Assembly: GCF_052425735.1 (NCBI RefSeq) | Contig: NC_135766.1 | Span: 26,908,001-26,972,000, forward strand | Direction of reading: 5' to 3' | From: Oculina patagonica | Taxonomy: Eukaryota | Length of the DNA: 64,000 bases | Shown: positions 1 to 13,216 of the stretch, one piece after another | How the letters are laid out: the number at the start of each line of letters is the position of its first letter | Position numbering within the stretch: position 1 is the first letter of the stretch | The notes under the pieces: model-generated | What the model was told of the DNA's origin: nothing | Databases searched by the model: none | The model's input: the letters and a program-made list of their open reading frames with translations, nothing else | Position numbers and translations under genes: made by a program

Positions 1-420
1 ATTAGATAGCTTCCGCATTTTGTTTCAGAACGGAACACGTTTCCCAACAGCTGACGCCATCTTGTTTTTCTAATCAAACGATCCCAGAAGTCCTAGTGCA
101 CTACGGCTGGCTGGTGCTTTGTCTCGCCTAATCTTCTGGAATCCAATATTTACGATAAATATATTATTACCAGTTATTTCATTATGGTTATTTGCCTCTA
201 AGAATTTTATTAACGGTAAACACGTGGAAAATGATAAAAATAACCCTCGGAGTTAATTCAAGTCAGTGTTTCTCTTCTCACCCAATAAACATTTTCCGGC
301 AACATGATACTTGAAGCCAATGTTCTATTGACCATCTAAATCTATCCTTAGAGAAGGCGGGTCCGTTCCGCGCGGAGTTAGGGAAACACGTTTCTAACAC
401 GTTTACCAAGCACCAGAATA

Positions 421-3400
421 TTAAAGATAAATTGGCTTTCTTCGTAAAGCCTTGGTTCTACCAATGAGTCCATCTTTCATGCGAGTAAACGTCGATCGAT
501 CATCTGACGAAGTCGCCCGAAGCTTTTCCGTCGACTGACTCCGAAGTCTGTCGAGCGAAAACGGTCCCTTGGAGGAATGCTTCGGCTTCTCTTCGGGCAC
601 CGACCGTTCAGACAAGTGATTCGATGAGGATGATCGTAATTTGTCGACAGGAAGAGGCCGCATCCATTCGCTAGCAGAAGAACCTTTTACCTTGTGGACC
701 GTGAATGGTATTTTTGGTTTGTCGTCATTAGAAGAATCAGCCACTTTTCCAGTTGGTGAGGGCAGCTTTTGCCTGTCTCGAGATTGAGAAGCGTTTTTAA
801 CTTTCTCCACGTTGAACGGGCCATGTGTGCGGTTTTTACTCGCGTCACCATTTACACGTTTGGATGACGTCAGCGAATCGTTGAAGTTTTCATTATGTTT
901 ACCGTCAACCTCAGAAACACGATTGTTGTTGTTGTTGTTGTTATTATTAGTTTTGTCGTCTGATCCATCACCTTCCTCTTTTCGCCTCCTTCGCGGATGA
1001 ATTTCAAACGGTCTCGCTGGTGTTTTCGAACTGTCTTGGGAATTTCGACTTGAGCGTTTTTTCTTGTCACTTTTATCAAACGAGGGAGTCCTTTTAGCAG
1101 ATGAAGGTACTTTCAATTTTTCAGATTCTTTCATCTTCTCGCGACGGCGAAGATAGCTCGAGACGGAACTTTGTACAACTTCTCTTACTTGTTTATTGTC
1201 CTCAGAGGTTGTAATTTCATGAAAAGCGCAATTCAGTTCAGTCGATAGATCGCAGCCTTCCTCGAACTTTACCCGCCGAAAATGTTCCAGGTCACACTTG
1301 TTGGCTACAATCACCATGGCAACAGAGTCTCCGTATGGACCGTCCTTTATGAAACGTCCGATGCGCTTTGCTTCTTCAAAACTTGCACGATCCGTTATAG
1401 AATACAGAATGAAGAAAATATCACCCTGACGACATATCAGGCTCAGCTTCTCAGCCGTGTTCTGAAAGATAAGAATCAAAGTGTTAAAAATTTTCATCTG
1501 ATTAACTGGCTTACACATCATTCAGGACGTAAAGCCCTGGCCAAACGAGTACACAAGTGGACGCAAGTAGTCGCAAGTTGAACTTGCGTACAAACTTGCG
1601 TTGATTGGCCAAACGGACTCGCAACTGCACGCAAGTTGTCAAAAAAGCCATTTCAAAGCTACTGCGCGCGCTGCAATTCAGTACTTGAAGTAAACAGAAG
1701 ATTACTTGAAGTAAACAGCAAGACTCGCGTTGACTTGCGTTGGGTGGCCAAACGGTGAAAAACTTGCGTTGACTTGCGTGCAAATTTGATCTCGACCAAA
1801 GTGAACGCAAGTTTTACCGGCAAGTCCTGGCCAAACAGAGAACCAACTTGCAAGTGGACACAAGTTGAAAACTTGCGTCTACTGCTCACGTCTCTGTTTG
1901 GCTAGGACTTAAGATTTGTTTTCGCCGATTACATTCCAAAACAGGGAAACTAAGATTTCCTGTGTTTATCACCGGTTTTCCCGCGCATTTTGTCAGATAC
2001 ATTCTTTCCCACATTAGGTACCACTGAGTTAATAATAATAATAATAATAATCATATATCATCATCATCATATAATAATCATCATTATCATTATCATATAT
2101 CATAATCATAATAATGGCACATCGAGCAGTATATTCACAGAGTGGCTCTTCGCCTGCCCGATCCTAACTAAATTTACAGATGTAAAAGATTAAAAAATAT
2201 CTAAAAATTTATATGTACATGAAAACGAGATAAAATTGTATTAAACTTATGCAAATGAAACTTCACTGACCTATCTACGATATAAGAACTAATTATGTGA
2301 ATTATAGTATAAAAAAAATTACTTAAGACATGCTAAAAAGTTAAAAATTCAAATATTCTAAAACTCTCTTATAAATAATGTTTTTGGTGTCTTTACAAAA
2401 TTTATTATAATCGTGGCAGCACCTCACGTTGCTGGGCAATGTGTTAAATAAGCTTGCAGTTTGGTCCTGTAAAAAAGTTACATGTTTTCCCGCGCTTATC
2501 CCCGGTTATATGTTTCCCGCGTTTGCTATTGGTTACATGCTCTCCCGCAGTTGCCATAGGCTCGAGTTCTGATTGGTCCATTCAGTCATGTAACATGATT
2601 GGTTCTTTAAATGATGACTCAAATTCTAGCTAATACAATCTCAAGGACACCGTTCCTCTAAACCACAACAGAATATTTTCAAAACAAAACAAAACTTAAA
2701 AATGGAAACAGCCAAATACCTCTCCTGCAGTATCAGCAATCTCTAGTTCCACCTCCTCATTTTCCATTTCCACGTGAGATCTATAAGTTCCCTCTGAGGG
2801 AAGAAAATTGGAGTGAATGTTTGAACTTAAAAATTCAAAACTGTCTTTGTGGCAAAGAATTTTTGTGCTAAATTTCTCAGTTGTCAAATTACATTTAAAG
2901 GACAACTGTTCATCATATTGACTTAAATTGCTGACGGTGAGTACATGAGTTGACCAAAAAAGCTTTCTCTGCGAATATGCCAAAACTTATGAGACAACAG
3001 TAAGTTATATTTCTTGGCGATGTTGAAATAAAATTGACCTGTGTAGAAGCAAAAGCGCGCCATAGCAAAGGAGAGAAAAGCCCTGGGGCGAGCAAAACCA
3101 AATCTTGCTCGCCCCATGCTCTCCTTCCGTTGCTCTTGTGCGGCAAGCTTAGGAAAAGCTTCAGTCTTACATTAGAAGTGAATAGAGGTGTTTTTCTCAC
3201 TTACCAAGAGCGCGTGCATATTCCCCAATAAACCGTCTGGTCATAAAGCGAACAATGAGAGCTTGTGGAAGAAACAATTCAATTGATTAATTAAAACCAA
3301 TGCCTTTTAGGACGAGTGCACTGTGATTAAAATTATCACCAACTGCATGAGGCTTTTGTTATAGCAACACCAGAAACAATACAAAATATCGTTTCAAAAT

Positions 3401-4493
3401 TATTTTTTAATTAATTTCTCCCATAAAGAATTGGTTATTGTCAATCAGCAAGGTTCTTATTTCTACTAAGTATTTTATGTGCAGCAAATTCTTTTCTAAT
3501 GAATTTCACACAAATATACAAATGTAACCTTCTCACAGTAGAAATTGTTTTGCTGTTTACTCAAGCGCAAACAGTTACTCAATATTGAAATAAACAATTT
3601 GGCTAAGGGACGCCGCGGAACTTTTCGATGACATAAACTTTTATAAAAAATGTGACATAAAAAATGTCAAGTAGTAACTTTATGATCTTCTTTTCATAAA
3701 TTGATTAGTAGTTTTTGGTATTATCGGATACAGAATATTTCTCTTGGTAAATGACCCGAGGAAGTGCGAGCTTGTTAAAAGATTATTTAAGTTGTAAAAT
3801 TTTGCACGTGTTCTATAACACGAAATGATAAATGCAAAGATTCTGAAAACAGTTCTGACAAGATGAAAGAAACTGAGTTTATACCACTAGCCACACTCGT
3901 TACTTTAAGTTAAAGCCACCACAAAACCGCAATAAGCACGCGAATTTAAATGCCCTTAAAACGGATGACAACAATTCGATTATTTAATTTGCTATAAAAC
4001 GTTCTAACAAGTTCAGTACCGGTTTAAAGGGAGTTAAGAAAGCCACAACAAGCACATTGTTGCTCTCTAACTACATGTATTCCACAGTGATCGACATTAT
4101 CTGTTTATCATCGCCAAACATCGTAATACTTGAATGATTTTGAAACAACATGAAACGTTTCGTGAAGTTTGAAAAGAAAGCCATATATTATTTACTTGAT
4201 GTATAAGGATGTAGTTAAGGTAGCTCTGTTAGCTTCATAGGAAACACAAAGGGTGAGAAATTTTATACTCTTACGGCAACGGGTTCATTGTGGCACTAGA
4301 AACTAAGATTATAATTATTATTACACTTATAACATCTTAACAAAAGAACAACTTCGAATGCGTTAATCATATTAAACTTGTTGGGTCTAGTTAAGATTTC
4401 AGTGAACTAACCTGACTTTCCAACTCCCTCCTTGCCGAGTATGTAGGCCTTCGGTGGTTTAATTGTTATCTGATGCGGCCTTCGTCTTCTCAT
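421..4493 (-). CDS. RERG/RASL11/RASL12-like Ras-family small GTPase with long disordered C-terminal tail (~417 aa, 4 coding exons)
   Basis: Exons 4493-4412, 3261-3205, 2793-2720 and 1461-421 join in frame through GT-AG junctions. Motifs: G1 GKEGVGKS; ALIVRFMTRRFIGEY (RERG/RASL-type); G3 DTAGE; LYSITDRASF; G4 NKCD. A splice acceptor at 4540-4541 implies an upstream non-coding exon. Confidence 0.88.
921..950. repeat. (AAT/AAC)n coding microsatellite giving poly-Asn in the GTPase tail
   Basis: TTG/TTA repeats on the + strand; the ORF translation shows an Asn run. Confidence 0.9.
1532..1910. mobile_element. MITE-like TIR element (AAGCCCTGGCCAAACG ends)
   Basis: AAGCCCTGGCCAAAC at the left end and TGTTTGGCTAGGACTT at the right end, with internal AACTTGCG/CGCAAGTT sub-repeats. 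Related ends occur at ~31489-31670. Confidence 0.7.
2030..2478 (-). mobile_element. 5'-truncated CR1/L2-group LINE 3' end with microsatellite tail
   Basis: The minus strand encodes LQDQTASLFNTLPSNVRCCHDYNKFCKDTK...*, resembling the 'LFNxLP..R' ORF2 C-terminus. It is followed by a UTR and an (ATT/ATG)n tail at 2030-2115. Confidence 0.6.
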
Positions 4494-7009
4494 GTTGTTA
4501 GCCTTGCTTGTTCAAACTGCCCTCACTTAATTAAAGCTCCTGAAAAGAATTTAAATATCACAGCAGATAATTAGTAAAGGCATCAACCTGAAAAGCGAAC
4601 TGACAGAGTTAGGACTGAGATGAGATTTAGCTTATATATACTCACTACAAACGTTTACATTACGAATTTTCTTGAAAGAGGCATACCGCCATCTGTTCTG
4701 TGCTAATCCCAAGGCTAATATAGCTTTTAATTGATTTGGCTTTATTACTTGTCTGTTGAGTCTTGCACGATTATCCGCACAAAACTGCCCTGAGGGAATT
4801 TTACAAAATTGGAACATATCTTTTGAAAAATACTCGTAATTTGTATTCGAGATCGATGAAATGAGGCCGTTTAATTGTCGTTCTTCCTGCTGGTTTTCAA
4901 TTACTGCTTCCACTTAAGTTTTATCATAAAAATAACATTTGACAAAAACTTCTTTCCATTTAATTACAGTCATAATTAATCATTCCTTGGATTGAACAAA
5001 TGCTACGAATACCGCTATGGATTAGAAATGTTGCTTAGTTGATGTAAATACCCTGAATGAATTGGCAATTTAAAAGTATTTTACACCTAAATATAATTGC
5101 ATATCAGATACAAAACTTCTTGATTTCTCGTGATTTTGCTAATTCGCCTTTTGAGTGAAAGAAACTAAATTGAAAGACCAAGAAAAATTAGCAAGGGCCA
5201 AGAGAAACGAGATTGTTTAAACAAACTTTAAAAGCGTGAAACACTGCAAAACTCGTAAGGCTCGCGAGTTTAGGTATATAAAACAGAATTACAAAGCAAG
5301 ATATTACTAACCTAGAGTTCTTTAAACCATCAGTTTACAAACTTTTAAAGTAATTGTCCCGGAAGACCAAGTCCATTAACCCAATTCATTATTAAAGAGG
5401 CCTAAAGAGGCTAACAATTTTTGGATTCAAATTTAGGCGTCGTGGCCATTTAGTAATGAATCTCTAGACTAAATAAGAACAATCGATGCCAATTCTTGCA
5501 GAATGGTGCGTGACCCCTGCATGCAATACGGGTATTAACTTATGGCTTAGGAGCAATCAGAAGTCTGTATCACTGATGTGTGTGTGATAACGAGCATTTC
5601 GCGGCATGATTAATAAGGTTTCATACACCCGCATGTTGGATTCTGCACGAAAAGTTGAAAAGGTCGTAGGGAAACGATAGTAAGAATCCATTTCAGATTG
5701 AAAGAATTTTGTTTTGTCACGATTTGAAAAAATAAAAAAATAAATAAGCAAACAAGCAGTTGAGGAAAGAGTACTTAAGTATCGCATAAGCACACAATAT
5801 CTTGGCTGCTAAATTGTTGAATCTGGCAGAGAGGCACGATTGTCGAATGCTTACAATAGACACAATACTTTCACGTAAACATTTGGTATTCTTAAAAGTG
5901 CTTTAAGCACTTTTTAGAATAGGACTTAAAAGTCCTTCTGTTCTTGGATGTACTAATTTTGAAGCTGTCTTATTACCACTAAGGTTTAAGTCGATGAGAG
6001 ACAGCGGAGCTAAACTGGCAAAACCTGCAGACATCCATCTATCGAATCTAATCTTGCAACCTTCCTCTCCTCTTTAGGAAAACGGGCGCCGTTTTCCAAC
6101 GCTCTGCCGTCTTTTTACATGCAACTACGAAATGTACGAGGCATTGTATACAAATTGTAACGTTTAAATTTAATACAGAGAGAAACTCAGCCTAAATAAC
6201 CGCAAATAAACTTAATTACAGTTTACGCCTCTATCCGGATACCTTTAAACCACAAAGTGTTGTTCATCGGTGGTCGAGGAAACCACACAAATAACAAAAT
6301 AGCTTGGTAATAGGATTAGTAAATTTAATTCATGCTAATCACGAGGAAATTCGAATTAAATCACAAACTTCCGATACTATATGAAGTTGAAAGATAAATT
6401 ACAGAAGGACTTTTAGAACTCATGGTCGTACAGAACATTCAAAGGGAATGGCCAAATTCGTGCAACTCAGTTGTCGAAACTTCTTTCAAAGAAAGAGTTT
6501 AACTTTTTCAACAATCTCTTATCTTATATGATTGACATTTGTCCCAAAAAGCCTGAATTCTCATCTGCCATACTCACTACTACTACAGCGAAGAAAGTAC
6601 TGGGAGTGTTTAGGTGTTAACGTCTTATAAACGTACTACATGAAGCTGACATATAATTTCAGGTTGTCATGTTTCATTTTAGTGGACTTACCCGGCTCCT
6701 TCGAGCGCATATGGCACAAAGTTATTTGGAAGACATTCACGATTGCTATTTATAACCTAAGCTCTTGTGGATTAACAGGCTAGACAGGTCGTAAAAGTAA
6801 TTACTGAGCATATCATTTCTGTATGCTGAAAAAGGTCAATCAAAGATATTTGGACATGTTCCCGTTTTGGAATCTACACTCCCCCCGCAGGGAAAAATTG
6901 TAACGATGCCATTGTTCAATATATCTTCTCTGGAATTCAAATTAAATGCATTTTAAAAATTGTTTCTGCCACAAGTTATTTATGGACTGACTAAAGTTAT
7001 GTATGATAA

Positions 7010-7270
7010 GATAGCGCCAAGCAAATGCGCCACTGAAAAGAACAAGGAGGCCGACCACAACACCGGGAGCCGGCCCACCGCGAAAGGTGTGGGCCGCCCG
7101 AGAAGACAGAGGGGGCCACGCGCCGAGGCAGAAGCCCAGAGAGAGACAGGGCACACCCCAGAAAGACCCGAGGGGCCGGGGGGCGAACCCCGACCCCGCG
7201 AGCCGGCGCCACCAACTGAGTACCAGGCGGCGGAGTTATGCTCGCGAAAAGCCTCTTAAATTTTCACCCC
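7010..7270. repeat. GC-rich hairpin-forming insert of unknown family
   Basis: Abrupt GC-rich island in AT-rich DNA. Hairpins GGCCCAC..GTGGGCC (7072-7095) and GGGG-CGAA-CCCC (7180-7191). Confidence 0.45.
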
Positions 7271-10200
7271 TTTTTCTTAAAAAAATTAAAGGTTCAACAT
7301 CAGAACTCAGTGAGCTTTTGGATTGCTTGACATTGTGATCTATCCGTTTTGCGGTAAGTGGTTTATGATCGAACTATTCTAAAACTGTTAAATATATGTT
7401 GCTATTTTTGACATGATGAAATAAGTGTTAATTTGGTCTCAATTCAAGCTCAGAACAGTTATTCTCCCCAACACATTCCTTTTAACTTTCTACCTTTCAT
7501 TTTTTAACCTCTTCGCAGACTGGAGCAACTGAAGGCAGCCGAAACCTCAGTGCATTTCAGTACTTTTTAGCCTCAAAAACGTTTCGACTTTGTAAAGAAA
7601 AATTTCTTTTAATGTTATTTCCAAGAATTTGGTGGTATAGTCAAGCCAATAGTTCCCTAGTGATCACGATGATTATTTATCTTTTCTTCACCTGCTTACT
7701 CATTTTGAAGAGAAATTAAACGTTGAAAATTGCATCACTTTCACTTGGTCTCTTTAACTTTCCCCATTTCCAGGTGACATAGCATATGAATTGACCAATG
7801 CTTTGCCACATTCAGTTTCTTTATGAATTGACAATGTTCGAGTTGCCCAGACTCAGTACCGAAAACAACGCTATGACAACATTTTTAACTTAGAAGTTCT
7901 GTAAACTGCAAAGTCCACAAGTCCCTGGAAAGATTTGTTACTCCATGTCCGAAATACTGAAAGTTTTGGAGAAAAAGTGCAAAACAATTACGCAAATACC
8001 AATATCGATTCACAAAAATATTTTTTTTTTGGTTGTTCCATCAGTTGTCGGATATTTCCTTGTTTGAATCAAATTTTAAAGAAGCACTGGCAAATTGTTA
8101 CCCCGATAGAAGATATAAGGTGAAACGAGAAGAAGGTTCTGCCAATTTAAAAGCTACTTAGCACTGAAATGCATAGCGCATTTTTGAACTATGGAGTTAG
8201 TGTCAGAAACAGATTTTCAGAGGCAGTGTTGGCTGAACTGAATCCATTTTAAAATTGTTTTAGCCATGCGTAGCATTTAGAAATAACAGATTGTGCAGAA
8301 AACAAACATCCTTTACAAACAGAAATGAGGGCTCCGTCACAAGCATAGCTTGCCACTTAATGTAAACAACTCTTCAGTTCACGAGCGGACACTACGCCAT
8401 GCAATTGAGCCTCTTAACCCTGATCAAAAGAACAAGTTGTAATTTAAGAATACATGAGCTGAGCTGCGAAAGAGAAATGGCAATACCAGCTGACATCTAA
8501 CATCAACATTCAGATCACAATCAGGTATTTCCGTTTTAAAAATAAAATTAACAATCTATGGTCGAGAACAATCCGAAATAGCAAAGACAAATTTGACCTC
8601 AGGGTGTTTAGCCTTCAACATGAAAAACCTGAGCCGGCTATCGAAGCGTTTTACACGGGGATTAATGCAAAGAAGCTCATGTCTTTAAAGCTGTTGAGCT
8701 ATTTATTGAAAGTAAAGTCTTTTACAGTGTTTTAATAACTAAGATGGCAAGAGCACTTGACTAATGATAAAATGTTTACATTACGGATAGAGAATATTTC
8801 AGGCTATTTCGTAACTAGAAGTCTCTCTACTTTTACGCTTATGCAGAACAGTTTTGAGGTTCTAACTACAAGGAGTTTTGGAACAATTAAAATTCCTTAG
8901 AAAAACTGTTTGGGACCTCTCTTAAGAAAAAAGCTTTTAAAACCAAAACCTTCCCTGTGCAAACTTTCTACATTTTGTCAGAGCATTGTGTTCGCTGATC
9001 CCCAATTTCGCCATATTTCCTTTCGTAATCGGGATTCAACCGCAAAAGTAATCAATACGGTTTAAGACTTAACTTCACTGCCACTGAACTAATAAATATT
9101 ACAGTGCACTACCTAGCTTTTCTTGTTCTGTGTTCCTTTGACGATACAACCTCTTTTGTCGCTCCTTGTTCACCCTGGTCAAAGTTTCCTTCGTGGCAAA
9201 TTTCAACGTGCTATGCCCAGCAGGCTGACTGAAGGGTATATATGGAATTCTGAAAGATTGTTTCCTTAATTGCTTACTGCTGACAAGCAAGATGGATAGA
9301 TAAGTCTTGTTAAAGAACCCTGTATCGGTGTGTACAGTTTGTTCTGGATTACGAGATAAGCAACATTTTAAAAAGAGAAATATTGACACTTCTTAATTCA
9401 AGCCCGATCGAGTGAGTACGGTATGCTAGAAATTCACGAACCGAGAGAAAAATCTGGGCGAGACGCCGAAATCAATACCGCACTTCGCGAGCCATTTAAA
9501 GCATTTTTGCTTTAACGCTGGGCAGAAAAATCGACGTTTACTCTTGTTCTTGGAGCAAATACATATTAAGAATTTTACAGAGGAATTAGTGATGTATAGA
9601 AACAAGCTTTTATTTTAATTTTGTTGGTGAATCATTTGTTTTGTTAAGGGTTGAAGCGGAGTATGTAAAACAAATTAGACAGTCTTTTGAATGGCTTTGT
9701 TGTTTTTGTGGCAAGTGAGGGTCAGATTAAAATACTTTCTTGCTATTTATTTCAAATTAAAGCCACTGGTGTGAAATAATGAAGAGGATTATGGATTGTA
9801 ATGAGGCGGACATAGCTTTTTATGTAAAATCCATGTGATATTTTGAACAAGAGACTCGGTGACTTGCAGAGAAGTCGCAAGATTTTTAAACAACGTTTCA
9901 ATTTCATGTTGCAAATTCGCAAGTTAAAACTTGCTGAGATCTTTAGGGCTACGTATTCAAGTGCTCTAGTTTTAGGTTATTCTCACAAATGACAAGGATG
10001 TTTACGGCGATACTGCGGCAAACCACCTTTTTGCGACAATTAAAGAAATTTTTTTGGATTGTCGGAATATTGCTCATTAAGCATTCGAACACATAAAGTA
10101 ACTTTACTAAACTTCATTTATATACTTGTTACGATTTTGAGCACTTCTGCTTATCTTCAAAAGTTTGAGAGAAAAAAATTAAATAATTGAATGTTCTCCA

Positions 10201-10581
10201 AATAACACAGCATCTGTTATTGAAGGTCAAGTCATGCGAGGGCCGCCGGCATTTTTCACTTGTATAAAGAACATACTCAATCTTGTTGGCGGTGTAAACA
10301 TCAGATCCAACGTGTTGAAATCATTTCGCTAAGTTTCAGCTTTAAATGATTGTTGGATTGTATCAGGACAAAACAGGAAAACAGCTGTTTAACGCAAAGA
10401 TTGAAAACTACGCTAAAGCCGCAGATAATTAAGAACTGTGTTTTCAGTTTTTCGGAAACGAGATACATGCCGGCGTAATTTTGCAAACGTGTCAACGGTT
10501 GTTCTATATTCATTCGTCATCCTACAATGTTAAAATTTTTGAGTTGAAGAGGTGTTCTAGAAACAGGCGAAATACACTTAC

Positions 10582-11028
10582 CTACAATTGATTGCCTCCT
10601 CTCTGACTCTAATAATGAGCAGCTTATGTCCCGTGAAAACTTCTCACTGGGTTAAGTTCCTTTTTCTCCTGAAGACCAGAAATATTTGCGCTGTTGAGTC
10701 ACAGAGATGACTTAAACCTGTGCATGCCTCACCGAAGCTTTCTCTCATTCTTTCTCAGCGTAATCCAATCGCTTTACTGACGTGAGTTGTCGACCGCGCA
10801 GCATGTGAGGTAGACATGCAAACTCTGAATGTTTGAATAAAAAACATTGCACAGTTTGTTGTTTCGCGCCAAACCCTGCCTGGAGCGCTGTTTGATGCAG
10901 TGAGGAATGTTCAAACTCAACATAGTGCGATCTGATCGCTTGTTCTAGAAAACGGCGACGAAACATTGTACTCCTGTAGCTTAACACTTCACCGAGATGC
11001 CGGCATGTGATAGTGGAGGTTTATAAAA
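10582..11028 (-). promoter_or_regulatory. Candidate TATA promoter and non-coding first exon of the Ras-like gene
   Basis: TATAAA on the minus strand at ~11022-11027 and a strong donor AG|GTAAGT at 10582/10581. An unpaired acceptor lies at 4540 upstream of the ATG. The link between them is inference. Confidence 0.35.
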
Positions 11029-11878
11029 GTAACAAATATTTAAGTATGTAACAAATCTCAAATCTTGTATTTTGTTGGAAATTAATTAGGCAAAAACCAA
11101 GGTAGTTTATCAATTTAAAGTACTCCAGATTGTTTGTTTTCGCTGCGGGAAATGTTTGCAAAAGCGTCCCACAAACTTCTAATCCAGCTATACGTGATGT
11201 TTGCCTTATGCTTAATCGATACCAACCGATGACAGAGAGTAAGCGATCAGGGGAAACGCGAAGGTAAAGGGGAAAGGAATTTTTAGCCCGTTGTCATTGT
11301 GCTGCAAATTTGTTTGACACCTAAAATTGGAAAATCCCTATGCTAACCTAATTATAAACGCAAATTGAGGTCAGCGCAACTTTGTTCGTGTCGTAAGGGA
11401 AAGACGTTGTCTTTTCTCACTTTAGAATTTTCGCTTTTCTGGTACTAATTTTGCTGTGACTCTAATTCGTCTCACATGGCTAGGCTACTGTGTAATTCTC
11501 GTGCGATACTGCACGCACAAACTCTTAGTGATCTGATGTCCATATGTCGAGGAATGCAGGAACACTTAATTAATTAAGGACACCTCGAAAGATCACAAAA
11601 CACTTGTTAACTGTTTGCTCCATCCCAGTTACATTTCACTCGTCCCCGTGAGACACTCGTCTCTAATAAGAACATTGCAGAAAGCGGCGGTTGATGGGAA
11701 GGAGCAAAAAAACAGCAAAAGTCATAACACGCCTTTCGTTCTTTTTATCATCATCTGCGTCTTAACATTATTAAAGGGAGGAGAATGGGGCATGAAGGAA
11801 AATTTAAGCTTCACGATTCATCAAAAAACCATTTAATTATTGTCATATGAAGCTCTCAGTGACTCGCTAAGCTGCGAG

Positions 11879-13216
11879 TTAAAGGAACTATGTCACGTGT
11901 TGTTGATCTTAAAGGTCCTGTCAATGAGCGTTTTAACCAGCCCCATTTTGTAGCAAAGGGGTGTAAAGCTTAAAAAATTGGTAAGCAAGCCCGTGAAGGT
12001 CTTTTTGCGGTATACGGTGGTGACAGGGAATTGTGGGGATTTGTTGTTTAATAGCACATCAAGAAAAGGAAGAACCTGGTTACTCTCCCTCTCCATAGTG
12101 AAATGAATATTAGGATGTTGATTGTTAATGAAATTGAAAAAAAGGTCAGCATCCTGTTCCGAGTTGAAAAGGCAAAAAGTGTCGTCCACATAACGACGGT
12201 AGAAAAAAACCTGGGAATCCCTATACTGTTCCAACCAGATCTTCTCGTGATGACCCATGAAAAGATTAGCAAGAACGGGGGCTAGGGGGGAACCCATGGC
12301 TACACCATCAACCTGATCGTAATATGTGCCCTTGAAAATAAAATGGGTTTCAGCGGTGGCAAATAGGAAAAGTCTTTTCAGGTCAGAAGAATTAAGTTTG
12401 ATGCCAGGGTTGCCTTTGGTAATGTAGTCGACCGCCAGGTCTATACATTCACTCAAAGGAATGTTGGTAAACAAACTTTCCACATCAAACGCAACCATAA
12501 ATTTCCCCTCCATGGACAAGTCGTTAATTTCACGAACAAAAGTGAACGTGTCTGAAGCAACATATTCCGAGGGAATGTGCGGCTGGAGAAGATTACGCAA
12601 AAATTTGGCCAGGTTGTAATTGTATGTCCCAATAGAAGAGACAATAGGACGAAAAGGAGGTGTAGAGTTGGCCGCCCGCGGTTTGTGCATCTTGGGTAGG
12701 CCGTATATCCTAGCAGGTTGTGACCAATTTTTTAAGCTTTACACCCCTTTGCTACAAAATGGGGCTGGTTAAAACGCTCATTGACAGGACCTTTAAGATC
12801 AACAACACGTGGTTGGGTTTTCACAATGACATTCAGAATTTATTTAATATTTTGCGTAAGAATCTCTATCCCGAACTATGTCACGGATTTTAGCCAAATT
12901 TAGCAAATGGTCACCAAATTGAGTGAACTATGAAAATAACCACTCAACTCCAGTGAAGGGTCATTTCAATAACAGCAAACAACAAATACAAAGGAAGCTA
13001 CGGGTGGATAAAACTTGAAGAAGATTAAAACAGATTGCAATGTTTTTGTTTTTTTTTTTCTTTTTTTTTCGAAAAACTGTTAGCCTGAATAGTAGTAAAA
13101 GATGAACTTTAATTATAACGCCCGGGAGGCATATTTGTTTGTAAAAAAAAAGCCACAGAAGAAATTTCTCTGCTAACATTAAGTTTCATAGACTAAAATA
13201 AGCCGTGCCACAGTCC
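11879..13216. mobile_element. Degenerate TTAA-flanked MITE whose left TIR was interrupted by the PLE insertion
   Basis: Removing the PLE and one TSD copy restores TTAAAGGAACTATGTCACGG. A degenerate complementary end CCGTGCCACAGTCCC lies at ~13203-13217. Confidence 0.4.
11894..12873 (-). mobile_element. Penelope-like element (PLE) reverse-transcriptase fragment with inversion-duplication and 13-bp TSD
   Basis: PLE RT motifs on the minus strand: SQPARIYGLPKMHK, FRPIVS, FDVESLFTNIP, GVAMGSPLAPVLANLFM, RYVDD, PFLDV, VYRKKT. The + strand piece 12723-12873 repeats and extends the ORF. GAACTATGTCACG occurs at 11885-11897 and 12873-12885. Confidence 0.92.

Noticed and set aside
421-1521. ORF-track start sites for the Ras-like, mGluR (27804) and G2E3 (53021) ORFs
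   Set aside because: These are internal or last exons; the true starts are in upstream exons.
6942-7338. Overlapping short ORFs on both strands
   Set aside because: Stop codons are scarce because of high GC, and no protein motif is present.
7525-7552. Hammerhead-like ACTGAAGGCAGCCGAAACCTCAGT
   Set aside because: It lacks a complete CUGANGA core and a proper stem II, so it is at most a decayed relic.
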